NCBI GenBank assembly: GCA_000934665.2
Contig: KZ538420.1
Coordinates: 1 to 64,000 of the forward strand
Source: Catajapyx aquilonaris
Taxonomy: Eukaryota
Direction: 5' to 3'
DNA length: 64,000 bases
The position numbers and the translations under genes are program-made. The notes below the pieces were generated by a model. That model saw only the letters and a list, made by a program, of their open reading frames with translations, ran no database searches and had not been told where the DNA came from. Shown piece after piece: positions 13,642 to 25,739 of the stretch (position 1 is its first letter; each line of letters starts with the position of its first letter).

Positions 13642-14481
13642 CCCTTTGTCTCCTGTGGCCATTTTGGTTGCATTGTAATGCAACCAAACAAAATATTTTT
13701 TTAAATTCATTGGTATAACCCCAATGGAAATTTCTTTCACCATAGAAACTAGAAGAGTTACCTATGGCTATGTTCATGAGTATTTATGCCACTTGCGTGA
13801 TATTTTTAATGGCACGTCATAGGCCAAAGGTCTCATTCATTGTAAACAAACATTTACTGCATGAATTTAAATACGCATAGCTCCCTACCACATATTTCCC
13901 GGTAAGTGGACGTGCAGCTGAAAACCATTGAAAAATTCTCGAAATTCTGCAACTTACTTTTTTCCGGAGGGAAAATCTGAACGATTTATCAAGGGTAGGC
14001 AAACTCGCCATTTCGGTCGTAAAAAGTGTCCTGGCTCCTAATTGGCCGGGCTGTCTGCTCCGAGCTCTAGGTGGTGCCCACTTGCCACCTGAGCCACCTT
14101 TTCTGGTGGCTCACATTACCTCTGTTTAAACTAGACATTTAAAACAATTTTAACATACACTTAATGTTTTCCTAATTGTTTTATCAGAGGGAGTGAGCAA
14201 TCATGTAGAATTATCTTGGATTATTATGAGGGATGGAAGCCACCTAAAAATAATGGCGTAGATGTCGCAATACGATGATGGCACCTTTTCGTGCATAGCA
14301 TAGGAGGCGGTACATGGCTCGCTCAAGATGCAACTCGGGTTTGTATGTCTCGGAGGCTTCAGCCCCATCTTGTGCATGAATTGAGAGCGAAACCAATGGT
14401 GCCAGATCCAGTGATTTTCACCTAGGGCGCTATTTGTAAACCCCCACCCAAAGAATGTATAATCCAGCGGGAGACGAAGGG
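13642..14481. mobile_element. Non-autonomous piggyBac-like element
   Basis: TTAA TSDs at 13638-13641 and 14482-14485. TIRs are CCCTTTGTCTCC / GGAGACGAAGGG. Confidence 0.75.
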
Positions 14482-15498
14482 TTAAGTCAAATTTTCTGGC
14501 ATATTAGTCAGTCATGTGCTTGTTTTGACAGGTTGGTTTTCTTTCTTTTTGATACTGATATCATGACCTCAGTTTCCTGGTTGCATTGGTTTTGGTGGAT
14601 GCTGAACACAACTTTCTTTTTAATAGAATGTTCACTGTTAGACCGGGCCCAAGCTAGGCAATCTCCAACCATTCTGTCCCAAGAAAAGTTGCAAATCACC
14701 TGCACGCTGCAGCCATACATCACAGTGCTTATTTCAAGCATTGCTTGAAACTTGTTGCTGCAACTTTTCAACCCTACGTTGCATTGCATAGTTTGTGCCC
14801 ATCTTACATTTTTGACTTCCATAATTTTTGAACTAAAATTTCAACACATAAAGCTCTGTGCATTGGATTTATTCCTAACCATTTTATATGATGACATATT
14901 ATAGCTCACGTATTTGTGGTTACTAAGCCTTCTAGGCCTTCATGGTTAAATTGGTAACAGCTATGATGTACTTCCCATACCGTTCACATGTGATGGCGTT
15001 ACATGTCATTAATACTGTTAAGTGGTTTTTGAACATTCAGTGCTCTACTAATTAATCCTGTTGTGTATTGTTTCGTTCTTAGTACCGATGAACATACACA
15101 ACTTAATACGATCAAGGGTGATGTGGTGAAGCACTTTGGGGACATAATGTAGGATGAGTAGGCCCTTCACCTCAAGAATTGATAGGCAGATTTGCTCAAA
15201 CTTGGAGTATAGAAGTTGTAAGTTAGAACCTAAACGCTAACGCATTCTTTGCTTAGCAGGAATGGGCTTCCTTCAGACACTTCACCACTAGCCCAGGTAA
15301 CAGTAGGCACGGATGTTCCTTAACACCTTTGTCATGCCTTGTATTGCTATCTCATTGAGTAGCAGTACGGGTGAGTTTGATGTGATGTTAATCTGTGATG
15401 TCAGTGTAACTTATACTGTTAGGTACAATATATGGTTTTCTTTTACATGACATTGTTATTATTGCCACAAGAATTGACCCAATATATGTAGACCGTAT

Positions 15499-15743
15499 GA
15501 AATCCTCACGGGAAGAACGATCCAGGTCCACTTTTTGTCAAAAATTAGTTACATATCTCGGAAGATAGTTTCACTGGTGTAGAATATGGTTTGGTCTTGG
15601 TTGTCGAGTAATGATCACAGTCCACTACAGAAGGCCCCGAAAGTGGGATTTACAGTAGGACATTATGGGCCTTCGAAATTTGAAATTGAAATATCTCAGT
15701 TTCACATGAGGTGGACCTTGATCATTCTTTCCCCAAGGTCTTC
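15499..15743. mobile_element. ~245-bp MITE, same family as 61722-61971
   Basis: TIR of the type GAAGACCTxGGGGAAGAATGATCAAGGTCCA. The interior is collinear with the 61722-61971 copy. Confidence 0.75.
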
Positions 15744-15744
15744 A

Positions 15745-15981
15745 TAGTGTTTTTCCAAGTAGTGGGGTCCTTTTAGTTATCGGAACTTTCACCCACTTTG
15801 TGTAGCTTTTTGAGCCCCAACCAAGGTGCCCAATTATTTCCAGGAGTGGTTGAATATAGCAGCTGGTGATATAATAGGAATGGTTGGGAACATCAATTGT
15901 GTTGGGAAAAAGGTATACAAAAATTATGTCTTGGGGCAAAAGGTTTGATCACTAAAAGGACCCCACTATTGGGAACAAATA
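15745..15981. mobile_element. Short TIR element (MITE) abutting the previous one
   Basis: TAGTGGGGTCCTTTTAGT near 15760 pairs with ACTAAAAGGACCCCACTA near 15951-15968, with imperfect extension on both sides. Confidence 0.6.
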
Positions 15982-16313
15982 TGCACTTGGATAATTTCCT
16001 TATAGACTTATTGTAGCAGTAATAGTGGCATTGTTTGCTGGAGGAGTATTTGTGTGCCAGTACTCACTAGATGCTGCATGTAGGTAGGCCCATAGTTCTG
16101 CCATCCCAAGGAGAAGCAACCTGTCGCCAAAACTAGTAAGGGTGAAGGTTCCGTGCATGCCCTGCACAATTTCCCCCTGGGTGTTTCTCCTTGGGACGGC
16201 AGAGTTGTACCAATACCAACCCTACTGTTTTAAAAACCACCAATGTGGTACATTTCATAAGTGTAGTGTGTTATGACAGTCAAGAAGTTATGCCATTTTG
16301 CCGCCATTCGATG

Positions 16314-16636
16314 CAGGGGGTGCTCCATATCCGCGTGAGATTGGTTCCAGAACCTTCCTCAGACACCAAATTCCGTGGATGCTCAAGTAAATGGCAGAGT
16401 ATATGCATACAGCCTACACACATCCTATATATTTGAAATCATCTCTAGATCACTTATCTAATACAATGTAAATAGTTGTTATACTGTATTGTAGTGCTCA
16501 GAACTTGGCAAATTCAAGTTTTGCTTTTTGAAAATTCGTGTTTTTTTTGTTGGTGGTGGTTTTTAAAAAATATATTCGATCCTTGCTTGGTTGAATCTGG
16601 GGATACGATACCCACTATTCCGGTACCAAATAGCTG
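16314..16636 (+). mobile_element. Tigger/pogo-type MITE resembling mammalian MER2/MER2B
   Basis: Collinear blocks ATTGGTTCCAG, GGATGCTCAAGT, AAATCATCTCTAGAT, CTAATACAATGTAAATAGTTGTTATACTGTATTG, GGCAAATTCAAGTTTTGCTTTTTG and TTCGATCC..TTGGTTGAATC match the MER2/MER2B consensus as I recall it. TIRs are decayed. Confidence 0.75.
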
Positions 16637-17376
16637 AGCCATGTCCAAAAATTCAAACCAGCAGTTAGTGCCTGCAATTTTACTTGCATTGTGATGCTGG
16701 ATATCAAGCAATAACGACTAATTCAGACCACAGTCAGCAATCATTTGGGTAGTAATTTGACTTGGGGTGTACCCTCAGCAATATGAAACTGAATGGGCTT
16801 TATATTACTGTGCAAGATTCTTGAAATAGGCACACTTCAAAATATTATGAAATTGAAACATCTGCAGTTGATGTGGCATGCAGGTTGAATGAGAACCATT
16901 TCAATACTTTATGAACTGGACTATGCCTTAAATGTGCCTTATGATAATACGGCTGACACAAAGAGGCAACTATAAGAAGTGGATCCTTTATTTTAAACTG
17001 TATATGTTAGATACCAAACAACTTGATTGTAGTGGTAGGTCATCTATAGTGCCTGTGAAGCTGAAATATGTCGCAGGAAATTATTATTGTTTTCGTACAA
17101 ATGGGATATTCTCCTGTGGAGAATCCATCTCTGCAACATGTGCAATTCATGCAGACAGGAAGATAAGTACTATTACACTGGGCATTGGCAGATAAAATAT
17201 GGGGGGCTTTATGTTTGCGTAACGGTGTCGCAAGAACCATGTGAATTGTATTTTACGTATATGAATGTTACGAATGCCTTCTTGACATTTTCTGCATGAA
17301 CGGTGTCATGTTTTTCATGTTTATGACTATAAGTAAAATATATGGCACCTGCATAGAAATGGTAGATAATGTAGAC

Positions 17377-17603
17377 CCATGGTTCCCCACCTGGGTGCAG
17401 GGCATGAGAGGGTTTCAGGTGGTGGAGAGGCCATGAGAAATAAATTTAAAAATTTAACATTCTTACTCCTTTAGTGTATAATTTACTATAACATGATTTA
17501 TTCTGAACAACAGCAAGTAATTAGGTTGGAATAACATTATCATTTATTACTTTATTTGAATGGGGAGTGGGGTTGGTTAAAGTGAAGGGGTTGGGAACCA
17601 CTG
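17377..17603. mobile_element. hAT (Charlie-like) MITE
   Basis: Perfect 8-bp TSD ATGTAGAC at 17369-17376 and 17604-17611. TIRs are CCATGGTTCCCCACC / GGTTGGGAACCACTG. Confidence 0.85.
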
Positions 17604-19536
17604 ATGTAGACTTATCATATATCGTAAATGATGCTGATATATCTCCACTTTTGCCATGCAAATTGTTGTTACTGCTGCTTGTCTATATATATAATTCTCC
17701 TAAAGTGTACTTATTAGAGTAGCTCACTAATAGCAATAAATCAAATGACAATGATAATTATTGGATAGTGCCCAGTGCCAATTTAGGGCAGCCTGGTAGC
17801 CTTCATTCCATTGACTTTTCCCACTCAACCATATTGGGACATCTGACACATCATTTTTATTAGCCTTTTCCAGCGCACGTTTTTCGACCTTTTCGTATAA
17901 TACGTGGATGTCATAAGTAAGAGAAGATGACTGGAAGGGGAGGGGCAAGTGCAATGACTCAAACAGCCAGTTTAGTTCTCCCTGTTGTTAGTTGCCATAA
18001 TTTCCTCCCAAGATGAAGCTGGAGAGGCCTCATCTCCTTACAAATGAGTAAAGGGACAAACCTGGAACTGAATGGGATCTTTCTATTCCTGAACATGAGC
18101 TTCTCATATACCACTCATTCTCAGATAATTACCAGAAGCCAATAGTGGGGTCCAAGAAAATGTGCCTTTGTAAATGATGAAGATCATATGTAGTACTGTA
18201 CAGCCACTGCATTTGCTTTTTTCCTGCAATATCACTAATTTATGGATAGTAATTTTTCCAGAATGGATGTGGTCCAGGATCATTTTTGCCAGAAACATCC
18301 ACAATTTTTAGTGGAGTTGTTTTTAATGTAATAAGAAAAAGTGAAACTCAGTTTTGTGCCATTTATTCTAGTATTGTGAAAATCTGCATTTGAAATTTGG
18401 ACACTTTAACAATTTTTAAATTGATGCAGGAGGAGCCAAGAACCTGAAATAAATTTTATTTTAGTACTTACAACAATGATAGGTGGTGACTGATTTTTAG
18501 ACGTGTCGATTGTTCACTAAAACTGTAATTTAAGAAATTATTGTCCCAAAATAATTGCTCCCCATTTTTATTACCCCATTTGAAGGGGTGCAACCTCTTT
18601 AACAGTAATTTATTTCATGAAATAGCTAGTGTTAGTAAACAACATTTTACTTGAAAATTGGGCGTTATCCAAAATTGCTAGAAAAAAATAAAAATAAAAA
18701 TAAAAATATATTCCGAGCAGTGGTGTATGAATTAGCATACGTGTACTCTTCATGTTGCATCACCCAGTGCATAGAATATGCTACATCGGGCAGTGATTGG
18801 TAGTACTGAAATGCATTGCCATAATTCACATACGATGTGTTATTACAAAGATGATTTTGATATGATTCCATATGTGCAAGATAACCTGACTCCAGAATTG
18901 TCTTGAATTTTTCTTATTGGTGACTGAATATGAATGACGTGCAACTCATCTGACAACTCAGGCATGGAACTTAACCCGATTAGTAGTAACAGTTTCCTTT
19001 GATGGTATGTGATGTGAGTGGTGTAACCATGTGATGTATATTGCATGTGTGGTGCATTATTGCTATCCCCCTAAGTCATATCCTGTACCGATTAGTTTCC
19101 ACTGCAGTCCTACGACTGTTCTTCCAGCTTTTCTCTTCCCTTTACCACTCGTGGCAGTGATTCATCAAGTGTACAGTAGTTCATTGTGTTGGTGTGTGGG
19201 TGATGCAGCATATGCTGGACAGGATAGGGGCTTGTTACATGAACCTTTGGTCAACAGATTAAGAATTTTAGACAGCAGTATTTCGGAGCAAACATAAAGA
19301 GAGCTTTGATGAGAATCAATTGTTGATTGTCCTATCCTTGCTAGCATTGCTGCTGCTGCTGCTGTGTGGTAATATTTCTTCCTCTGTTGACTGGAGGTTT
19401 GCAGGGCACTGGATCGGTTTGCTGGTGTAGTTGAATGAGGAAATGTCAATTGTGGGATGATTGTTTTCGTGTTCAGCGTATTTAGCTGTGACGAAACCCA
19501 GTGGCCTGATGTGACAAGCCTCTGTCTTCTCCACAG

Positions 19537-19669
19537 TTTTCACCCCGTCGCTGGAGAGATGGATTACACTGATCTGATCAGTAGTGTAGAACTGGCCATG
19601 GATGAAGTACCTACTGACTTTGGCAGCATCAACGTTTTAGACCTGATTCAGACCTACAAAACCGAATAA
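19537..19669 (+). CDS. Probable last coding exon of an unidentified gene (FHPVAGEMDYTDLISSVELAMDEVPTDFGSINVLDLIQTYKTE*)
   Basis: Strong acceptor TCTGTCTTCTCCACAG| ending at 19536, protein-like codon usage and a TAA stop. It is followed by ~4.4 kb of UTR-like sequence ending near AATAAA at 24073. Upstream exons were not found in the window. Confidence 0.55.
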
Positions 19670-21754
19670 ACTTCTGCTCGAGTGGATCGATGTCTTCGAG
19701 GATGAGAACATAAGGTACTGTATGGATGGCGTGATAGTTGGGGAGCAACAGGACCAGTGTACGTCTGGCTGACTGAGTGACTGCTGTGCACATGTGACCA
19801 TTAGTTGTGGTGTAGGCCTTGGTTGTAGGTGTCTCCCCATCCAGTACTATACTCAGTGTCTTGTAGGTTTCTTGGTACCTTTTTGTCAGTTTGGCAGGGG
19901 TTCTTGTGAGTGTGTGTGTACAGTGACTTCTTAATTGGAAGATTGCCTGCTGTGCTCCAACATGAATTATGGTTAATTAATGAACATGTGCTCTTTGTGT
20001 GCCCAGACTCAAATGATGTGCGAGTTACGCAGACTCCAGATGATGTGGCCCATATGAGCAGGGCAATCTAATCTACAGACGACGTGTGTCAAAATAAGAG
20101 GCAACGCTCTCCTGAAGAACCTTTGCTGCTACCGGTGGCATGCCTCTTAGAGATAACCTACCTGTTAATAGGTACTTGACGAGGGAAAGCAACATTGAAA
20201 CATTGTACAATACATGTACAGCACCCTTGATGTGTTTCCCGATCTTGTTCAGCAAAAAAATGTGCAATTATTTTAGATCGTGCTGATGTGCCATACTTTC
20301 GAGTTCAAATTATGAGTCGAGAGTGACGAGGGATGATTGATGATTGAATTTATTCGCACCATACTTATCACTAAAAAGAGGCCACCTTTGGCGACCAGTC
20401 AAAACAAAATTTGACAAGAAAGTTGCTCTCGTCACTTGCATGACTCGTCTAGAATAGGCCTCTAGCAAATAATTGATTCTGTGTATCTAACTTGTGTCAA
20501 GTGTTGGCTTTTCACAAATGCCTTTTCACACCATCACAAATGTGTTATCAGAATTACCTAGAAGGTATTGTTTGATGCTAGTGGAATAATCACTGGTATG
20601 TGAATTGATCAAAAGTAGATCAAATTGTTATAGTGGGATGGAATTTAGTCCCCAGAGCCAAAGGAACCTACAGGTGCTTTAGTGAAGTGGAAATGTAGGA
20701 TGTGTGTGACATTTAAATTGTCATACACAGTTCAAGCACAGCCTACTTGAAAACACCAATAAACTCGCAATTTTCTGACAGCATTTTTGGAATCAGCATA
20801 ATAGTGACCTAATTTGTGTGTGATTGTCAAAAACACCTTTCTTGAATGATGCTTCCATGGAGGATTCTGTTGATTGGTGCACAAGCAACCCCACATAGGC
20901 ACGTGCTACCTCACCAAGGCACCCAGGTCCCCTTGATATGTTTTCTTCTTTTTTCTTATATACTTTATTTTGGAACATTTTGTGCTAGATCTTGTTAACT
21001 TTTAATAGCTACATACAGTGTAGCTTTTGTTGTTTGGAAGAAGGAAATATTATGGGTATAGTAAAAAAGAGTAAGTGGAATTCTTGCTGCAAATGTTCAC
21101 TGCAAAAATTATGGGCCCGGTTTTTCATCACACCATTATGCTGCTTTTAGTAGGCTTCTTCTATTAGATTCCTTGATGTAGAAGCCCACTAATAGCCAAC
21201 TAAGAGTGAGACCAGAAACAGGCCCTGTATTGTCGGATCAATTGACCACTGTATTTCTGTGTTGCTGCTGTTTCCAAAAGCTTACCAAAACCTTTTTTTC
21301 CTCCTTATACTTAGACATGCTTGCTGGTTACAAGTATAACACTGGCTCTGAACACCTAGTTAGGCTCTCTGTTCATCTTCCATCACTACATCATCCATCT
21401 CTGTCCTGTCTTAAGAGAATTTCTGTGATAGTTCATGAGAACGTCCCACTGTGTAACTTACTGATGAACATTACTGCTCTGCTAGTCCGCTTCCCCAGTC
21501 CATCAGACTATTTTCCTTGTATACCACATGTTAATTTTCAGGTGCAGTTTTTGTTAGCAAATTTTCCAACTTAACTGCTTTATTTAGCAGTTACAAAAAT
21601 ATTAGCTACTAATAATAGGGGGAGGCATATTTTTAAAAAGCACTGTGGCATTGTCTAACCTGCAGTTAATTGCATCAACTGTTAAATGGTTAAAGTGGAT
21701 CAAGTCTTAAGTGTGGAAATTCATTTCAATTCAAGCTTGGATGAATGCTTATAC

Positions 21755-22052
21755 CAGTGGTTTCCAACCCGGGGGGTGGGGGGGGTGGGGGGGGGGGNNN
21801 NNNNNNNNNNNNNNNNNNNNNNNNNAGAGAGAGAGAGAGAGAGAGAGGTCACAGGCAGGGTCGCGAGCCTTGGTTCAACATTTTTTTTTTGCAATTTCTG
21901 TGTCAATTGAACCATTTTTGCAGCCGTACAGAGTATATGTTTAAGGGGGCAGTTGTAGGGGGGCCGGGGGAGGGGGGGAAGGTGGGGGGGCTTTGCACAT
22001 TTATGGTAACAAGTTTAGGGGGTCACAGTTGGTAAAAGGTTGGAAACCACTG
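21755..22052. mobile_element. hAT-like MITE with internal G-tracts and (GA)n
   Basis: TIRs are CAGTGGTTTCCAACC / GGTTGGAAACCACTG. The 8-bp flanks GCTTATAC / GTTTATTA match only partially. Confidence 0.8.
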
Positions 22053-23110
22053 GTTTATTATTATACTGAACCCAACATGACAGGAGCTGATATACCGGTA
22101 TTTATACATCCTAAAAGTAACTGTTCAAAATAACTGCGTAATAAACAGCAGCTTATAATAGTGGAAAGACTGTGGCTGCTAATGTTCAGTCCAATTAGTG
22201 AATGAATATAATTTATGACCTGCCTAGTACATATACTTATTTGCAATTATCCCATGTCCATGGGTGGTGGTTGTGTTTGATGGTATTGAAATATTTTTTT
22301 CTGCCATAATTGTTACATATCAATCCTAGTGCCCAGTTTTTCTGTGCTACTTGCATACAATTTTTTTTTTTTACCTTGTATGCTAAAGTGAAATTTTAAG
22401 TGCAATACAGGTGTGATAATTGTAGGAGATATATGTAACTGGCAGGTACTAATTGGTTTGTATGATTCACCAATTCGACTTACAGTCTTGTTAGCAGTTA
22501 CTTTGTTGTTGTATTGTATCGTGCTTAAAAATCCAGCTCAAATCGCTTTCTAGGCTGATGAAATGAAAATGCCATATATGACTGGGGTAACAGAGGGTCC
22601 ACATATACTGCTAAAAAAACAGGGGACTAAAGGCCAAAACACAATAAGATTTTGCGGCAGCATCAAGCGGCAAACGCCTGCCCCGCCAATTGTTATTAAT
22701 TATTGGCAATAATAAATATAAATAATAAATATGCCGCAAAGCGCGCCGTTTGCCGGGCGTTTTTTTTTTTGTGAAATGGCCTTTACTTTGTTATGTAACA
22801 GATATGGAGGGAATATTTTAATACAATCAAAAAGTAACTACCTACTATAAAAATGTTGCAGAGGCTCATTTTCATTTGCTCCTGTCTCCTTGTACAACTT
22901 GTATAAAACCTGACCATTACAAGCACTAGGACCTTATGACAATACATATTCCTTCAATGTAATCCAGTTGTCTGTAGGATGCAGCAAAATATGTCTACAG
23001 AATGGCATACGCTGTCTGATCTGATTTGTTTATGTTGCCTACTTGCTGGTATTCTCACCAATTGAGTATAAAATTATGTACCATTGCATGTGTGATTGAC
23101 TGGTGGGGTG

Positions 23111-23157
23111 GTATCATCAGTTGAAAAAGAACTCTTTTCTTTTTCAACTGATGATAC
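23111..23157. repeat. Perfect 21-bp stem hairpin
   Basis: GTATCATCAGTTGAAAAAGAA-ctctt-TTCTTTTTCAACTGATGATAC. Confidence 0.85.
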
Positions 23158-24072
23158 TTCCACTGCAAGGTAAGCTTAGATGATGTATACAGTACATCAG
23201 TGAATTGCATTGAGGGAATATGTGCAGTCAAGGAAAAAGGAGTAGATTTTCAACAAAATCATTAAAATCAATTGTGCCTTGCTATGATTAAGGTAGTACC
23301 CTAATGTCCTTTCCAACCATATCAGATGTTTCTATTTCTCTGTCCATTCCTTTTTGTTGCATTTTGTTCTTACGTGTGAGTTTAGTTTTACAAAGGAGAC
23401 CAGAGCTTGGAACACTGTTATTATGCTTGAATGATGAACATCACCTTCATGTTTTAGACAATCTTAGTGCGTAAGATTTCTGTTAATGACAACATTTATT
23501 GTCACTTCTTCATCACTGAAAATACTCAGTTTCTTCCTCACTTATCTTTATGCTGTCAATAAGTGTGGGAAAACCAGTTGGCTTTGAACTAGCAAACTGG
23601 AAAGGTCCAAAAACTTACGTGCATAATAGTAGAGATTCCAAGTTGTGGTACTGCAGGTATTTTGTGGCAGTTGATCCGACTTGTCATGTACATTACCATA
23701 TACACAACAACACTGGTGACAATTGTTTGAAATGAGTGACTGCATCATATCCTTGCCTTTTCCAGGTGCCAGGTTGACTTATAATCTAATGTTTGTTTTG
23801 GTTCGTTTTCCCTCTGTACAATGGATATTTTGAGTAATTGTGTTTAGTATGTAGTACAAAGTTTATTGCTGTGGCAAATTTGGTATGGTGCTAACTGGAT
23901 TTTGTTTTAAGTCTGCCGTTGCCGAAACTTCATGTTGAACATGTCAGGCATAGCATGACCATGCATTATTTTTTGGTTATTGTTTAGGTAAGGTTTCAAA
24001 TGCTGTTCAACGAATTGAGAAGTTTCTCTATTAGCTCCATGGTATATGCAGTTTGTGCCTGCAAATTAATGC

Positions 24073-24078
24073 AATAAA
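24073..24078 (+). terminator. Putative polyadenylation signal of the unidentified plus-strand gene
   Basis: AATAAA followed by GT/T-rich sequence, at the end of the UTR-like region. Confidence 0.35.
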
Positions 24079-24425
24079 AGTTATTTCTCAGTGTTTCCTT
24101 CATTACTTTGATTCATTTCTAGTTTACCCATATTGATATAGGGATGGGCAGTGGAAATTCATACCTCTTGGACAACATTTTTTTCAACATCTGTAATATG
24201 TGACTATTATTGATAATACCATTTGCATGTAGCCTATACTGGATTATTTCACAACTAGACACTGAATAATAAAAAATAATGAATATTGAAAAATACTTTG
24301 TATGATATTACTGGCTTCTTGATCACCTCTGAACCACTGTTGTTTAATCTCAGGAAAACTCGTTCATACTTGGAGAGAGCCCATTGCTGGAAGGCTGATA
24401 CCACAGACTAAGGCATGGTCATAGA

Positions 24426-24768
24426 TTTTTTTTTTTTTTTTTTTTTTTGCATTACCCCATATCTACACATATATGGGGGGTGGATTACCACCATCGGGAT
24501 TATTTTTGGAGCGAGTCAAGATTTAATCTTGTTAGTATGCTCCAAGGTAATTAGGAGGGGATGTGCAAAGTGCGTGTGCGCGGGCGAGTAGTGGTCATTT
24601 TGTGAACTCCCCCGGGTGGCTTAGTCTATCGGAAATTGCCACCTGAAACGAAGCCAGAGATGGCCCAACTCTGCACGAAAGAAGGTGGGAACCCCGGGTG
24701 GGGATTGAACCCGGGACCTTAACTTCCGTGGGCGCGCGCGTTACCGCGGCGCCACTCCGTCTCCCTTT
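24426..24768 (-). mobile_element. Young tRNA-derived SINE
   Basis: A box TGGCGCCGCGG and B box GGTTCAATCCC on the minus strand, with a long poly(A) tail. Perfect 13-bp TSD GCATGGTCATAGA at 24413-24425 and 24769-24781. CpGs are intact. Confidence 0.9.
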
Positions 24769-24811
24769 GCATGGTCATAGAATACTAAGGTCTGGACACT
24801 CCCACCTACCC

Positions 24812-25101
24812 CCTGCCGGGGGGTTTTGCAGGAGGTGCTCACCTGAGAGCACCATGAGACCTTTCATGGAGCATTTATGTGGCGACCCTACCAGACTACG
24901 CTGAACTTTATAGGTAAAAAAGGGAAGCGCTACATTGGGGGACCCAACATGGTCCCCGGCGACCATGTTGGGCCCGTATGTAGGGCTTCCCTTTTGTACC
25001 TATAAAGTTCAGCGTAGTCCGGTAGGGTCGCCACATAAATGCTCCATGAAAGGTCTCATGGCGCTCTCAGGTGAGCACCTCCTGCAAAACGCCCCGGCAG
25101 G
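24812..25101. mobile_element. Near-perfect 290-bp fold-back palindrome (MITE-like)
   Basis: Arms of ~140 bp (CCTGCCGGGG...CCCAACATGGTC / GACCATGTTGGG...CCCCGGCAGG) around a 6-nt loop. Weaker pairing extends to ~24790 and ~25135. Confidence 0.8.
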
Positions 25102-25328
25102 CGATAAGATAAGAACGTAGGGGTAGTGTCCGGGGGCTGGACTAAGGCAAATGCCTCACATGCCCTTCAAATTTTTCTTTCTCTCCCTCTCCTACCTTTT
25201 CTCCTCCCCCTTCCCTAAATCCATCCATCTTGAAATCAGGTCTACATGAATTTTCAACCTGGCCAGAAGCGAGAATGTGGATTTAATCTTGCCCAGCTCC
25301 CCAGGGACTTGCTTGACTAGTGGATGTG

Positions 25329-25739
25329 ACCGAAGCAGTAGTGGTGTAGTGGATATGGTGTCCGACTGCTAATCGGGAGGTCCTGGGTTCGAATCCCGGA
25401 GGCCGGCGATCCTGACCTTGGTTTTCTGTGGTTTCCCAAGGTCGCTCCAGGAATAATTTCTGGGATCGTACCGTAAAATAGGCCACAGCCGCTTCCTTAA
25501 GTTCCCTGTCCTGGATGAGGTGCGGGTCAGGCGGGGGTTTCTGACCCGCATCTAGGGGATCATCTATGGCGAACGGACCCCCTGAGGGACTGCACACGAC
25601 CCCCAACCTGAGACATTGCACATGCACCAGTGTCCCCCCCTCCTATCCCTACCCTGTCCCTGCACGATAGTGGTAATCCACTCCCCTAAGAGAGCCCATG
25701 GCTCTAGCACGGGGTATATCTAAAAAAAATTTAAAAAAA
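25329..25739 (+). mobile_element. tRNA-derived SINE with Talua/Lm1-like central domain
   Basis: A box TGGTGTAGTGG and B box GGTTCGAATCCC. The body GTTTTCTGTGGTTTCCC..CTCCAGG..TAGGCCACAGCCGCTTCCTT resembles termite/orthopteran SINE cores (from memory). A-rich tail and a perfect 14-bp TSD GACTAGTGGATGTG at 25315-25328 and 25740-25753. Confidence 0.9.

Noticed and set aside
24690..25400. Possible tRNA genes
   Set aside because: The A/B boxes continue into SINE bodies with A-tails and TSDs, and I could not build a complete cloverleaf.
24450..25720. Apparent large element with terminal inverted repeats (GTGGATTACCAC / GTGGTAATCCAC)
   Set aside because: The inverted match comes from the shared tails of two oppositely oriented SINEs, each with its own TSD.
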